DNA of 64,000 nucleotides from IMG/VR virus record IMGVR_UViG_3300001683_000001, positions 16,647 through 80,646 of that record; one strand, given 5' to 3'. The position numbers and the translations under genes are program-made. The stretch's first letter is position 1; every line of letters begins with the position of its first letter. This DNA is from a virus. Shown in pieces: positions 29,968 to 39,628 of this stretch. The notes under the pieces were generated by a model. That model saw nothing but the letters and a program-made list of their open reading frames with translations. It had not been told where the DNA came from and searched no databases.

Positions 29968-32634
29968 ATGACGCGCGTCCCGTTCCTGATTGTGTCCATA
30001 GACTACACCGAGGACCCGACCTTCCTCACGCACCTGCGGGTGAAAGGACTCGATGGTCAGAACCATGTTTTGACGGTCGAGAATTGTGTCCCTCGGTTTT
30101 GGACTGAGAAGAACCCGTCCAGCATTCCGAACCTCCCTCCGTTGGTGAAGTCATGGAAGCCGTCCGGGTTGCGGAGCGTCACCGGCGCAGAACTGTTTGA
30201 GGTTCGTGTGGAGAACCTCTCAGACCGGCGTGAGATGAAGGAGTTCTTCTACCCCCATTACTCAGCAGATGTAGCATGGCGGTCGCTGGTCAGATGGATT
30301 TACGATTGGACCGCTGTGATTGATGTGGATGAGGCCGCACTCAAGGGTCCCAACAATCTCCGTCCTCTGCACATCACACCGAGCGAAACTGACTACTCGG
30401 AGTTCACTCTCGATGTCCTGTGGTTCGACATCGAAACCGAGGATTCTCTCGACATGAAGACCTCACCCAAGCGAGTCGTCAGCATCGCCATCTTGGACAG
30501 CGTGACGGGCATTCACGAAATCGGCACGACCTGTCCCACCAGCGAACGACAGGTGCAGAGATTCCTCGCATCTCAAGAGGCATTGGAGTCTATCGTAGAA
30601 CACACGGCCCCTATCCCTCCCATCCCTACCGACAAGGTGGTTGTGAAGTCGTTCTCCTTCGATGACCCCGACACCAACGAGGCGGCTCTCCTATGGTGGT
30701 TCAAGGAGAGGGTCGAGGCATTGGACAGGGACCTACTTGGAGGACAGAACATCCTCGGCTACGACATCCCCTATCTCAAGAACAGGAGCCGGAGAATGCG
30801 ACGGGAGATGAGTCGTCGCTACTACGATTCTGTGCCTGTCTTTCACCGGTTCCCGAATCTCGATTCGATTACTCGACGACCCTTATTCGATTCTAAGCGA
30901 GCGTATGCCGAGCAGGTGCGTGGGGAACTCACATCAGGTTCTCTCGTTTGGATGTCTGAGCAGGTGCTTGGCTATGGCAAGGTTCCGAGGACTCGCATCA
31001 CCGAACTCATGGTGCGCGACCCCATGATGCTCGCCATCTACAACGCTTGGGATAATGTCTGCGTTGCTCGGTGTATGGACGAACTGAATCTCATCCCATT
31101 CTACCTCGCCAAAGCCGCCTTCAACAGTTCCCTGATTCAGAACATCCACTCCAACATGATGCTCATCGAGGACACGATGGGACACCTGCTGATGAGGCAG
31201 AACATGGTGATGCCTTCCCTCGATGTCGTGCGCGACCGGATGGAGGTCGCAGAGGTAGAGGGAGGCTTCGTCATGGAGAACCCAAGCGGGGTCTTTCTGA
31301 ACGCCTTTGAACTCGACAACGCGACCGAATATCCGGCGCAGATAATCAACGGCAATTTCTGTCCCTCTACCATCGTCAGTAAGGACGACTACCCCGACGG
31401 GTTCCCCTTCCCTGTGACCAGCACTCCATCAGGTCGCTACTACCGTCGTGACCGTGACGGAATCATCCCCGGAGTCCTGAGGACCCTGACGGCTCAACGC
31501 CGACAGACTCAGAGCGAGATGAGGAAGGCCCTCGCTGACGATGATGATGAGATGGCGAACATCCTCGACATGAAGCAGAGGGTGATGAAGGAATCGAGTA
31601 ATTCGTTCTACGGCGTCATGGCGTCCGGTTCGACCGAGAAGACGAGGGGCCGACCCTTCCGGCTCGTCAATCCCGCCATCGCCTCGGACATCACCGAAGG
31701 GGCGCGACTTCACAACGAGTGGAATCGGAAGAAAATCGAATCAACGATTCTACTGTTCTCAGCCGAAGGAATCGAGCCGAATGTTCCACAGAACATGCCC
31801 GACCTCGCGGGCGCGCACGCGAGGCTCGACGGATTTCCACTTGAGTTCCGAGTGATTGGACAGGACACAGATTCGTGCAAGGTGTTCATCTCCAACCAGC
31901 CCGAAGCCGAGGAAGCGATTCGTCCATTCACCGAGTCCGACATCACATCTTCGGCCAACCTATTATGCCTCATACTGAACGGAACCTACGACGAGTTCGT
32001 GCAGACCACATACGGCATCGAACGCAACGAGATGTTGATGGTCAAGCCGGACGCATACTACGAGAGATATTTCGCATGGGGAGTGAAGAAGCGATATGCC
32101 TATCGAGAGTTCAACGGCAAGGATGGATTCCGGGGAGTCGAGATACGCCGGTCGTCTGTTCCACAGGTAGTGAAGACAGCCCAACACCGAGTATTCAAAT
32201 CAATCCTGAATGGATGCGACAAGCGGGAACTCAACGAGATTCTCAGGGACATCCACGATACCATCCTCGATGTAGAGAAGACACCCAATATCCACTTCGG
32301 ACAACCGTTCGGAATCAAGACGGCAGGGACCCAAGCACACAAAGCCGCGATGTGGTCGAACGACCATCTCGACACCGACTTCGACATAGGCGACAAGCCG
32401 ACGCTGTATGTCGCCAAGTCTGCTTCGACATCCCTTCCCTCTAACCGAGTAGTCGCTATCGTGTTTGGGGAGGACCCGTCGTCGTTCGGAATCATGGTAG
32501 ATAGAGAGAAGTCGTTCGCCAAACATTTCACGAACTCACAATCTTGGTCAGGCATCCTCGGTGCATTCAACACCTCATGGGAATCTGCGCTTGCAGGTAT
32601 GAGCCAATCCTCCCTCGTAGAGTGGTTCACATGA
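29968..32634 (+). CDS. polB: Family B DNA polymerase
   Basis: ExoI FDIET, ExoII NILGYDIPYL, ExoIII YNAWD, motif A DNATEYP, motif B KESSNSFYG, motif C GQDTDS, KKRY, C-terminal PIP box QSSLVEWF. Confidence 0.95.
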   Translation: MTRVPFLIVSIDYTEDPTFLTHLRVKGLDGQNHVLTVENCVPRFWTEKNPSSIPNLPPLVKSWKPSGLRSVTGAELFEVRVENLSDRREMKEFFYPHYSADVAWRSLVRWIYDWTAVIDVDEAALKGPNNLRPLHITPSETDYSEFTLDVLWFDIETEDSLDMKTSPKRVVSIAILDSVTGIHEIGTTCPTSERQVQRFLASQEALESIVEHTAPIPPIPTDKVVVKSFSFDDPDTNEAALLWWFKERVEALDRDLLGGQNILGYDIPYLKNRSRRMRREMSRRYYDSVPVFHRFPNLDSITRRPLFDSKRAYAEQVRGELTSGSLVWMSEQVLGYGKVPRTRITELMVRDPMMLAIYNAWDNVCVARCMDELNLIPFYLAKAAFNSSLIQNIHSNMMLIEDTMGHLLMRQNMVMPSLDVVRDRMEVAEVEGGFVMENPSGVFLNAFELDNATEYPAQIINGNFCPSTIVSKDDYPDGFPFPVTSTPSGRYYRRDRDGIIPGVLRTLTAQRRQTQSEMRKALADDDDEMANILDMKQRVMKESSNSFYGVMASGSTEKTRGRPFRLVNPAIASDITEGARLHNEWNRKKIESTILLFSAEGIEPNVPQNMPDLAGAHARLDGFPLEFRVIGQDTDSCKVFISNQPEAEEAIRPFTESDITSSANLLCLILNGTYDEFVQTTYGIERNEMLMVKPDAYYERYFAWGVKKRYAYREFNGKDGFRGVEIRRSSVPQVVKTAQHRVFKSILNGCDKRELNEILRDIHDTILDVEKTPNIHFGQPFGIKTAGTQAHKAAMWSNDHLDTDFDIGDKPTLYVAKSASTSLPSNRVVAIVFGEDPSSFGIMVDREKSFAKHFTNSQSWSGILGAFNTSWESALAGMSQSSLVEWFT
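31781..31796. promoter_or_regulatory. Palindrome box + CG tract, inside polB
   Basis: ATGTTCCACAGAACAT followed by gcccgacctcgcgggcgcgcacgcgagg. Confidence 0.8.
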
Positions 32635-32765
32635 ACGGTGACGACATAGACGATTGGTCGGATAAGCACATCGGCAGTTTGGGATTGATGAGGACGGTTA
32701 TCGGGTTCGTCAATCTTATCATCGGGCTGGTCATCATGTCGAAACTATTCGGGTGGTTGGGATGA
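32631..32765 (+). CDS. Small single-pass membrane protein
   Basis: 44 aa with hydrophobic VIGFVNLIIGLVIM; ATGA overlaps at both ends. Confidence 0.55.
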   Translation: MNGDDIDDWSDKHIGSLGLMRTVIGFVNLIIGLVIMSKLFGWLG

Positions 32766-33241
32766 ATCCCTCCACTCCCTCACGACGCACCCAAGTCTAT
32801 CGCCTTCTTCGGAATGAGTGTGGCTTCACGCACCATCAGGCGCGCCATCTCATCATGCGTCACTTGAGCAATCTCGGTGACTTCCGCAACATCTTCTACA
32901 AAGGACTCAAGGCTGACCGAGAGGTGTGGTTAGAGGCTGCTCAACCGATAGCAAGTTTGAGTCTGCGAGATGACGCGCTTGAGGCAGGGCGTTCCATCCT
33001 GAATCAATGCTGGCCTTCCTACCGCCTCACAGGGGCCACAGGACCGGGGCCTGAGATGCCTTTCACCTGTGCCTCCTTTGCGGCGAGGATGGTGAAAGAG
33101 ATTCAGGGGTTCAACCCCACTCAGGGGCGAATCCTGTGGAGTCAGATTGAACTCATCCTCAGGCGTGAAGAACGGGATGCAGAAGCCGCTTGGATAGACA
33201 GGATGATTCCGACCTATCTGAAAGTCAAGGGGGTGCTGTGA
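32762..33241 (+). CDS. Hypothetical protein
   Basis: 159-aa coupled ORF. Confidence 0.6.
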   Translation: MNPSTPSRRTQVYRLLRNECGFTHHQARHLIMRHLSNLGDFRNIFYKGLKADREVWLEAAQPIASLSLRDDALEAGRSILNQCWPSYRLTGATGPGPEMPFTCASFAARMVKEIQGFNPTQGRILWSQIELILRREERDAEAAWIDRMIPTYLKVKGVL

Positions 33242-33257
33242 GTGTTCGTTGGAACAT
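33242..33257. promoter_or_regulatory. Palindrome box
   Basis: GTGTTCGTTGGAACAT. Confidence 0.7.
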
Positions 33258-33432
33258 CGGTGAAACCGGAGCAACACCACGATTCTCGCACTCCCTACGG
33301 GGCCTTTACGAATCTGAATATCTCAATTCCCTCAATGGGACCCTTCATAGGTGGGGCCGTAGTCGAGCGGAGTGCCGCGAGAGAGGCGGCAGAACCAAAA
33401 CCGAATGAAAAACCAATAAGGAGAATGAAAAT

Positions 33433-34662
33433 ATGAACGAAGATGAGAACAGAACAGGAGCGCAACAGAGAATGCGAGATGCTGTCGAACTTCTCGGTGG
33501 AAGGGCGTCGAAAGACGACTACATCGCAGAGGTTCATCGGCTCTCGGTGGAGGACGGGGGTTCTCCACGAATTGATGTCTTGGAGAAGACGGCCCTGAGG
33601 GGTCCAGCACTCCAAGCCGCCGGACTTGCTAAGGTCAAGGTCAATGTGGGAGGCGACGAGGAATACCAAGTATGGCTCCAAGAGGACGCCCAAGCACTAC
33701 TCGACACAGTAGGTCGAGTCACCGTAGGGGGAGGCACAGGAGCCACAGGAGGCTCTACCATCCTAACACAAACCACCACCACCACCACCACCAGCACGAA
33801 GGTTGCCGGAGATGTGTGGTTCGGATTGACCCGCCGCGACCCAAGCGACTACCCCGACACCGAGCAGGTGCAGATGATTAACAACCCAACAGGATTCGTA
33901 GATGGCCTCGACTTCATGGAACTCATGGCTATCGCCTTCAAGAAGGGCTACCACCACATCTCAGAGGGACCAACCGGATGCGGCAAGACAATGGCCGAGA
34001 AGGAGTTCTGCTACCAAATGGGAATCCCCCTCTACCGGATTAACTGCAAGGACGGCCTGACTTGGGATGACCTAATTGGCTACATGACCGCAGACGAGAA
34101 AGGGACCACCTTCATTGATGGTCTTCTGACCCGCGCTGTCCGCTACGGCGGCATCATGTATGTGGACGAGATGACCTCCGCACTACCGGCAGTAATGACC
34201 GGCCTCAACGCGGTCTTAGACAGCGGCAAACTCGTTGTCCCAATGACCGGCGAAACCCTGACCGCCCACGACGATTTCCGTGTGGCTGGTTCGTTCAACC
34301 CCGGCTACGCTGGAACCAACGAATTGAATCAGGCTACCGCCCGCCGCTTTGCTGGTCGCTTCATCTTCGACTACCTTGAGGCAGATGTCGAGGTCAAGGT
34401 CATCCAGCAACAGTCAGGAGTAGGCAACCCTGAGGTGGCGCGCGAACTCGTCACCCTCGCCAACGACCTGAGGACCCTGCAAACACAGAACGACATCGAG
34501 ATGGACTGTGGGACAGCCACCCTCGTCAATTGCATGGGCTGGCTGACCGACATCTCGCTGACCCGCGCTGTCGAAATCTGCATCATCGGACAGGCAATCC
34601 CTGACGACCGCCAGCAAGTTAGGCTGGCGTGCCGCCAGCGGTTGTCGAACTTCGACTCTTGA
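33433..34662 (+). CDS. MoxR/CbbQ/CobS-like AAA+ ATPase
   Basis: GPTGCGKT, DGLLTRAVRYG, YVDE, NPGYAGTNELNQATARRF. Confidence 0.92.
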   Translation: MNEDENRTGAQQRMRDAVELLGGRASKDDYIAEVHRLSVEDGGSPRIDVLEKTALRGPALQAAGLAKVKVNVGGDEEYQVWLQEDAQALLDTVGRVTVGGGTGATGGSTILTQTTTTTTTSTKVAGDVWFGLTRRDPSDYPDTEQVQMINNPTGFVDGLDFMELMAIAFKKGYHHISEGPTGCGKTMAEKEFCYQMGIPLYRINCKDGLTWDDLIGYMTADEKGTTFIDGLLTRAVRYGGIMYVDEMTSALPAVMTGLNAVLDSGKLVVPMTGETLTAHDDFRVAGSFNPGYAGTNELNQATARRFAGRFIFDYLEADVEVKVIQQQSGVGNPEVARELVTLANDLRTLQTQNDIEMDCGTATLVNCMGWLTDISLTRAVEICIIGQAIPDDRQQVRLACRQRLSNFDS

Positions 34663-34667
34663 ATACG

Positions 34668-34699
34668 AAAAAGGCGGGGGGGCCACGCGCTCCCCCGCC
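34668..34699. terminator. GC hairpin after the MoxR gene
   Basis: GGCGGGGG (34673-80) pairs with CCCCCGCC (34692-99); preceded by A5 (T5 on the minus strand). Confidence 0.45.
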
Positions 34700-34811
34700 C
34701 ACTACTCACACTCTTGCTCCCATCGCAGGGAGGGGGGCGCGGCGTTGGGAGCCGTTCGATTCTCACGCCCCCCTTCCAAACTCAATTTCACAGGCTCACA
34801 GGCGGCGCGCG

Positions 34812-34902
34812 TAGAGCGCGTCTGTGATGCGTGGTCTGTATCGGGACTCCTGAGGACTTCAACGCGCTCTATGACCCCTTCATTGACCCGTATTCGGCAA
34901 GG
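34812..34902 (-). repeat. ~90-bp dispersed repeat copy
   Basis: TAGAGCGCGT...CTGTATCGGGAC...ACGCGCTCTATGACCCC. Confidence 0.75.
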
Positions 34903-34919
34903 GTGGTGGGTCCCTCTCC

Positions 34920-34933
34920 TTCAAGACGGTGGG
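34920..34933 (+). promoter_or_regulatory. Class A promoter motif
   Basis: TTCAAGACGGTGGG, ATG at +30. Confidence 0.75.
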
Positions 34934-34949
34934 AGGGATAGCGTGAGGT

Positions 34950-35174
34950 ATGACCGACAGAGATGGTGAGCGAATGGATGTAATCGAGCAGCGACTCGGA
35001 GAGGTCTTGGAGAGGCTCCGAGATTTGGAGCGACGGCTCACCTCGATAGCATCTGCCGCGAACCCTACTGTCGTCAGCATTCGACATCCAAACCAGCGGA
35101 CACTATGGTCGCCTCATCAGGAGCGAACCGTAGGCGAGGAAGTTCTCAAGGGTGAGGACGATGAAGCCTTCTGA
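34950..35174 (+). CDS. Small coiled-coil protein
   Basis: 74 aa, heptad Leu pattern; class A promoter motif at -30. Confidence 0.6.
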   Translation: MTDRDGERMDVIEQRLGEVLERLRDLERRLTSIASAANPTVVSIRHPNQRTLWSPHQERTVGEEVLKGEDDEAF

Positions 35175-36051
35175 CCTGTTGGGAAGCAAGGCCACCCACC
35201 AACCTCTCCGAGCGTGGTTGAAGACATGGAGCAACGGCGTGAGGCCAACACCGAATATCGTGATAGTCACAGGTGCGAGTGGGGTAGGCAAGACGACGCT
35301 CGTCACCACGCTATCTGAGGCGGTTGGACTTCACCCGCAGATGTGCGAGGTCGGGAACCTCAAGGCATCACTCGCCCAAGCCAATACACCCACCTTCCTC
35401 GGTCAGCGTAGGTTGGCTATCTTGGATGACTCGTCGTTCCTCTCCCGCCGTGAGTGGAAGGACTTGGAGAAGACCCTCTCCCTCAACCCCATCCCACTCG
35501 TCCTCATCGCTGAGAGCGAGCGCGATGTGGCGTGGCCCATACGCAGGGGTGCGCTGGTGATTCGGACACCACCCCCGACCCGACAGAACCTCATCGAACT
35601 GCTGGCTCTCCACACCGACCGACTCGGCCTTCCACACGACGAGGCTGATTGGAATCAGATTGCTGATGTCGCCTCGACTTGGCGAGCCGCGATTCTGAGG
35701 CTTCGGACTTCCCCACACACAGGCGGGCGCGCCATCGCGCGCGAGGGAGCGCGATGTTCTGCGGAACATTCGCACGATGCTGGAACCACCGAGGAACGGA
35801 GAATCCTCGCTGGTCATCACGCTGGTCGAACCATCTCGGTTCACCCGATGGCTATCCTCTCAGCCGCCGAGTTCAACGGGGCGAATCCGAATCATGTGGA
35901 AGTCGGGAATCGCCTCCACTCTTGGTCGTGGGAGTCGGACGACCTGACGAGGGTCGCCCACGACTACCTGACCACTCTGCGAGCCTCGACCCAAGACCGA
36001 GTTCCATTCCGTCAGCGAACCCTGCGTGGTTCCGTGAAGCGACTCAGGTGA
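35161..36051 (+). CDS. Divergent RFC large subunit-like AAA+ protein
   Basis: GASGVGKTT, AILDD; N-terminal KPSDLLG; immediately upstream of the clamp gene. Confidence 0.7.
   Translation: MKPSDLLGSKATHQPLRAWLKTWSNGVRPTPNIVIVTGASGVGKTTLVTTLSEAVGLHPQMCEVGNLKASLAQANTPTFLGQRRLAILDDSSFLSRREWKDLEKTLSLNPIPLVLIAESERDVAWPIRRGALVIRTPPPTRQNLIELLALHTDRLGLPHDEADWNQIADVASTWRAAILRLRTSPHTGGRAIAREGARCSAEHSHDAGTTEERRILAGHHAGRTISVHPMAILSAAEFNGANPNHVEVGNRLHSWSWESDDLTRVAHDYLTTLRASTQDRVPFRQRTLRGSVKRLR
35754..35769. promoter_or_regulatory. Palindrome box + CG tract, inside the RFC-L-like CDS
   Basis: ATGTTCTGCGGAACAT. Confidence 0.8.
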
Positions 36052-36052
36052 A

Positions 36053-36142
36053 TCCTTGCTGATTCTGAGCCAATAGAGGGGCCATAGAGGCCGTTGAACC
36101 CCTCAGAGGTCCCGATACGGAACTTTGGCCCTCCATGCGCTC
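36053..36142 (+). repeat. ~90-bp dispersed repeat copy
   Basis: TCCTTGCTGATTCTGAGCCAATAGAGGGGCCATAGAGGCCGTTGAA...CCCGATAC. Confidence 0.8.
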
Positions 36143-36247
36143 AGGCACGCTCGCCTCCGCACTCGCCTCCGCACTCGCACTCGCCCTCGCGCGCTCCCTC
36201 GCCCTCGCGTGCGCGCGTGGGCGCGCACCCACACGCGAGAACCGGGC

Positions 36248-36263
36248 GTGTTCCACAGAACAT
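36248..36263. promoter_or_regulatory. Palindrome box + CG tract
   Basis: GTGTTCCACAGAACAT. Confidence 0.85.
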
Positions 36264-36324
36264 TTCCAATCTCGTTTGAGAAAGTCGCTTAGGCTCCACA
36301 GGACCTACGGGACCAACCTGTTCA

Positions 36325-36338
36325 TTCAAGACGGTGGG
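36325..36338 (+). promoter_or_regulatory. Class A promoter motif (clamp/primase operon)
   Basis: TTCAAGACGGTGGG, ATG at +30. Confidence 0.75.
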
Positions 36339-36354
36339 GAATGTTCGACGACTC

Positions 36355-37149
36355 ATGCTCACACCCAACAGCGAAGTATCGAGGACCGCCTCGATAAGAA
36401 TCTCAGCCAACGAATGCGCCGGAACTCTGAGGCGAGTCGTTCTCAACAAACCCTCCAATCCGGTGAGAGTCCTGTTCACGGACGAGGGCATGAGCGTATG
36501 GACACACGACCTCGCCAAGACCATTCAGGTTCTCATCACCAAAGCCAATGTCGCGCTCAAGGTGAAGGAGCCATGCGTGTTGCTCATTGACCCGTTGCCG
36601 TTCGCCAATCTACTCGACAATAAGTTCAGCGGAGAGATGGTTCAGATAACGACGAAGGCCAACCGGCCAATCGTCATCAAGAACCGAGTCGGAGCCAAGT
36701 CGGTCTTCCATCCAGCCGACGAGGATGATTGCTTCCTGATTCCCGATAGGTGGTTGCTTCCCAAGAACTCAGATGGGTGGTTCACTCTCCCCATGAAGGA
36801 CAACGAGGTCTGCACCACGAAGGTCACGATTGACCGAGGCGAACTCTCAGGTGGGCTGACCGACATGAAGGTCGCCAATGCTCCCTATGTGGTGTTCAAT
36901 TTCAACCCCTCCAAATCTTCCTGTTCCTCAGGTCATTGGGGAACCAAGACTAACCAATCTCACACCAACATCAAGGCGACCGTCGAGGGGGATGCGGCAG
37001 AGGTCGTCTTCACCGAATCGCTTGGAGTCATCCTCTCGCACATGGACGAGGACACCTTCGTCATCTACAAACATAAGGACATCCCGTTCGTGGTAATAGA
37101 AAATGGCGACACGACCATCATAGCCACCGAAGCACAGAGGGAATCCTGA
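36355..37149 (+). CDS. Sliding clamp (PCNA-like)
   Basis: 264 aa with a two-domain alpha/beta pattern; context of RFC genes and a PIP box in PolB. Confidence 0.65.
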   Translation: MLTPNSEVSRTASIRISANECAGTLRRVVLNKPSNPVRVLFTDEGMSVWTHDLAKTIQVLITKANVALKVKEPCVLLIDPLPFANLLDNKFSGEMVQITTKANRPIVIKNRVGAKSVFHPADEDDCFLIPDRWLLPKNSDGWFTLPMKDNEVCTTKVTIDRGELSGGLTDMKVANAPYVVFNFNPSKSSCSSGHWGTKTNQSHTNIKATVEGDAAEVVFTESLGVILSHMDEDTFVIYKHKDIPFVVIENGDTTIIATEAQRES

Positions 37150-37406
37150 TGTCTGACCGAGGCAACCTCTACGACCCCAAGCGGGGGAAGTTCGACATCA
37201 GGGAAGCAGAGAAGTCACTTGGCCTCCATGATAGCGACGACCGGAAGGAGATGATTCGCCTGTCTGTCGTGACTGACCTCCTATGCGCTCATGCAGGTAT
37301 CACGGACGAACAGGTGCAGATGGCCTATGAGCAACGCATCAAGACCTATGTCGCTGAAACGGTAGCGACCTTGCGTTCTATCGTTGGAGATGACCCGAAT
37401 GAGTGA
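37149..37406 (+). CDS. Hypothetical protein
   Basis: 85-aa coupled ORF. Confidence 0.6.
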   Translation: MSDRGNLYDPKRGKFDIREAEKSLGLHDSDDRKEMIRLSVVTDLLCAHAGITDEQVQMAYEQRIKTYVAETVATLRSIVGDDPNE

Positions 37407-38623
37407 TGACCATGCAGTTCAGTATCGAAGACTTCGATGATGTATGCAACCACTTCGGATTCGACACCTATCCACGCACAGTCGGCAACCCTCGGCAGAG
37501 CCTCGTCTATGCGAGTGAAGAAGCCTACCTCAAGTTCTCCAAATGGAACGGGAACTCCCCCTGCTTCATCAGCACCGGGGGCTACTCCAACATCCAATTC
37601 GACATAGGCGGCAAGCAATCTCCGAGGACAATCCACCACACTCTGACCTTCTTCGACTTCGACCACGAAACGAAGCCTGAGAATGCCTTCGCGGATGCAC
37701 AGCGATTGTCTGAGTTCCTTCGGGAGATGGACATCGCTCATTGGGTGCAATACTCAGGGTCGAAGGGCTACCACCTGTTCATCATCCATGCTCCGACCAA
37801 GTTCAAGTTCGACTATCGAGATGGGAGCAACGAGGCTCTCAAGCGGATTCTCCATCAGACCCAAGACTACCTCCGTCAGACCATCGGCCTCAACACCCTC
37901 GACGAGCAGACGATGGGCGACCCCAAGCGACTGTGCCGATTCCCATACTCACTCCATGTGGATAGACATGGGAAGGCATCGGGTCATCATGCACTTCCGG
38001 TTCCGGTTGAGGAACTCGATGTGGTGAATCACGACGACATCGTGATGCGCGCATGTTCTGTGGAACATCCCGAATTGCCTGAGATTATCGGACGACGACT
38101 GACCCTCCGAGAGTTCATCTCAGAATTGGGCATCCGACTCGACGCACCCGAAACAAAGATTCGGCCTGTCGTCGGAGGTGACTTCGACTTCGGGGATTCT
38201 GATAAGGAGGCGTTCCGATTCATCGCGTCACTTGAGCATAGGTGCATGGGCGTGGTGAATGAACTCAGACGACGCAACCCACCACACAAAGCGAGAGTCT
38301 TCGCCGCCCTGTTCGCCAAGACACTCGGCCTTCCTCAATCGGCGTTTGAGAAGGTGTGGATGGAGATGGGAACCAGCATGGGATATGTGGACTTGCACAA
38401 CCACGAACACCGAGCCTATCAGATGGCGACCATCTTCGACAACCCGAACTACCATTCCTTCCCCACTTGCACCACCCTCAAGGCGAACGGATGCTGTGTG
38501 GGTGAGATATGCCCTCGCTATGCTGAGATGGAGCGCATCGACTATCAACCGAAGCAAGTGGAGCGCAAGTGGTCGAGCAAGAGTGGGAGCAACGAAGACG
38601 CCGAAATATGGGAAGATGTTTGA
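37403..38623 (+). CDS. Archaeo-eukaryotic primase: PriS catalytic domain fused to PriL-like Fe-S C-terminal domain
   Basis: FFDFD, YSGSKGYH, DPKRLCRFPYS; C-terminal RCM...PTC..LK..GCC...C. Confidence 0.88.
   Translation: MMTMQFSIEDFDDVCNHFGFDTYPRTVGNPRQSLVYASEEAYLKFSKWNGNSPCFISTGGYSNIQFDIGGKQSPRTIHHTLTFFDFDHETKPENAFADAQRLSEFLREMDIAHWVQYSGSKGYHLFIIHAPTKFKFDYRDGSNEALKRILHQTQDYLRQTIGLNTLDEQTMGDPKRLCRFPYSLHVDRHGKASGHHALPVPVEELDVVNHDDIVMRACSVEHPELPEIIGRRLTLREFISELGIRLDAPETKIRPVVGGDFDFGDSDKEAFRFIASLEHRCMGVVNELRRRNPPHKARVFAALFAKTLGLPQSAFEKVWMEMGTSMGYVDLHNHEHRAYQMATIFDNPNYHSFPTCTTLKANGCCVGEICPRYAEMERIDYQPKQVERKWSSKSGSNEDAEIWEDV
38053..38068. promoter_or_regulatory. Palindrome box, inside the primase CDS
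   Basis: ATGTTCTGTGGAACAT preceded by atgcgcgc. Confidence 0.75.
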
Positions 38624-39425
38624 GAGCATCGAGCGCACACGCGCCTTCCTCGATGACGCATCGCTTGGTCAAATGCTCGGCTTCTATCGCTACCTCCACG
38701 ACCATCTTCAAACTGACCCAACAGACGACCTTTCGCCTATGGATGTCTATGACCTGCGTGAGCAGGTGGGAGGGATGATTCTGACTGAGATGATGGGGCG
38801 TCATAGGCGCATAGACCACCGCGAGCATTGGGTCATGGTGGAGTATCTCTCGCACCTCGGATTTGAGGTCGTTCATCTCAAGACAGGGGAGGGAGATATG
38901 AAGACTGAACGAGTCGCTATCGAGAGGAAGGAGGACGACTTCCTTCCCTCTCTATTTGACGGTCGAAGTCTGCGTCAATTGAGTGCGATGAGAGAGGCAT
39001 CTGAGTTCTCCTACCTATTGGTCACGAAGTCATTCCAGCAGGTCAAGGAGGGGGCGTTGAAGCAGGGTGTGAGCGAGGCCACACTCCTGTCGTTCGTTGC
39101 ATCCCTGTGCGCGGTAGGCTACCCTCCAATCTTCATCGAAGGCAAGCACGATGCGGCCTCCCTGATTCACCGCATCGTCGGCAAAATCGAGGACGATAAA
39201 CACCGTCTGTATGTGCCTCGACCAGCCTCTCCACAGGTGTTGGATTATCGCAACGCACTCATCGAAGGACTACCCAATATCGGTCCCAAATTGCGGCGTC
39301 GAATCATCGCGATTTACCCATCCATCTCATCTCTATGCGAGGCCACCATCGAGGATTTGACGAACATCGAAGGTGTCGGTAAAACCACCGCCGAACGCAT
39401 CATTTCGGTCCTCAATTCAGCCTGA
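38616..39425 (+). CDS. ERCC4/XPF-family structure-specific nuclease with (HhH)2
   Basis: IDHRE, GD..., IERK..DF..SLFDGR..Q; GLPNIG and IEGVGKTTA. Confidence 0.88.
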   Translation: MFESIERTRAFLDDASLGQMLGFYRYLHDHLQTDPTDDLSPMDVYDLREQVGGMILTEMMGRHRRIDHREHWVMVEYLSHLGFEVVHLKTGEGDMKTERVAIERKEDDFLPSLFDGRSLRQLSAMREASEFSYLLVTKSFQQVKEGALKQGVSEATLLSFVASLCAVGYPPIFIEGKHDAASLIHRIVGKIEDDKHRLYVPRPASPQVLDYRNALIEGLPNIGPKLRRRIIAIYPSISSLCEATIEDLTNIEGVGKTTAERIISVLNSA

Positions 39426-39462
39426 TTCTGAACTGTCGAAACTCAGGGAGGACCAGCGCGTC

Positions 39463-39478
39463 ATGTTCGCGGGAACAT
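39463..39478. promoter_or_regulatory. Palindrome box + CG tract
   Basis: ATGTTCGCGGGAACAT. Confidence 0.8.
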
Positions 39479-39628
39479 CCGCGCTCTCGCACGCGCACAC
39501 GCGAGGGAAAATCACCCCAATCAGGTTGGAATCAACGATTCCGCCACATCTACTCCACCCCCTACGAACCTGACTATCCAACCAAACTGAATACAACCGT
39601 TCATAAGGAACCTAATGACCCCGTAGGG

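Noticed and set aside
34663-34800. Possible tRNA or ncRNA in the GC-rich spacer
   Set aside because: No cloverleaf or well-placed T-arm could be built by eye; only a hairpin is supported. tRNAscan-SE would be decisive.
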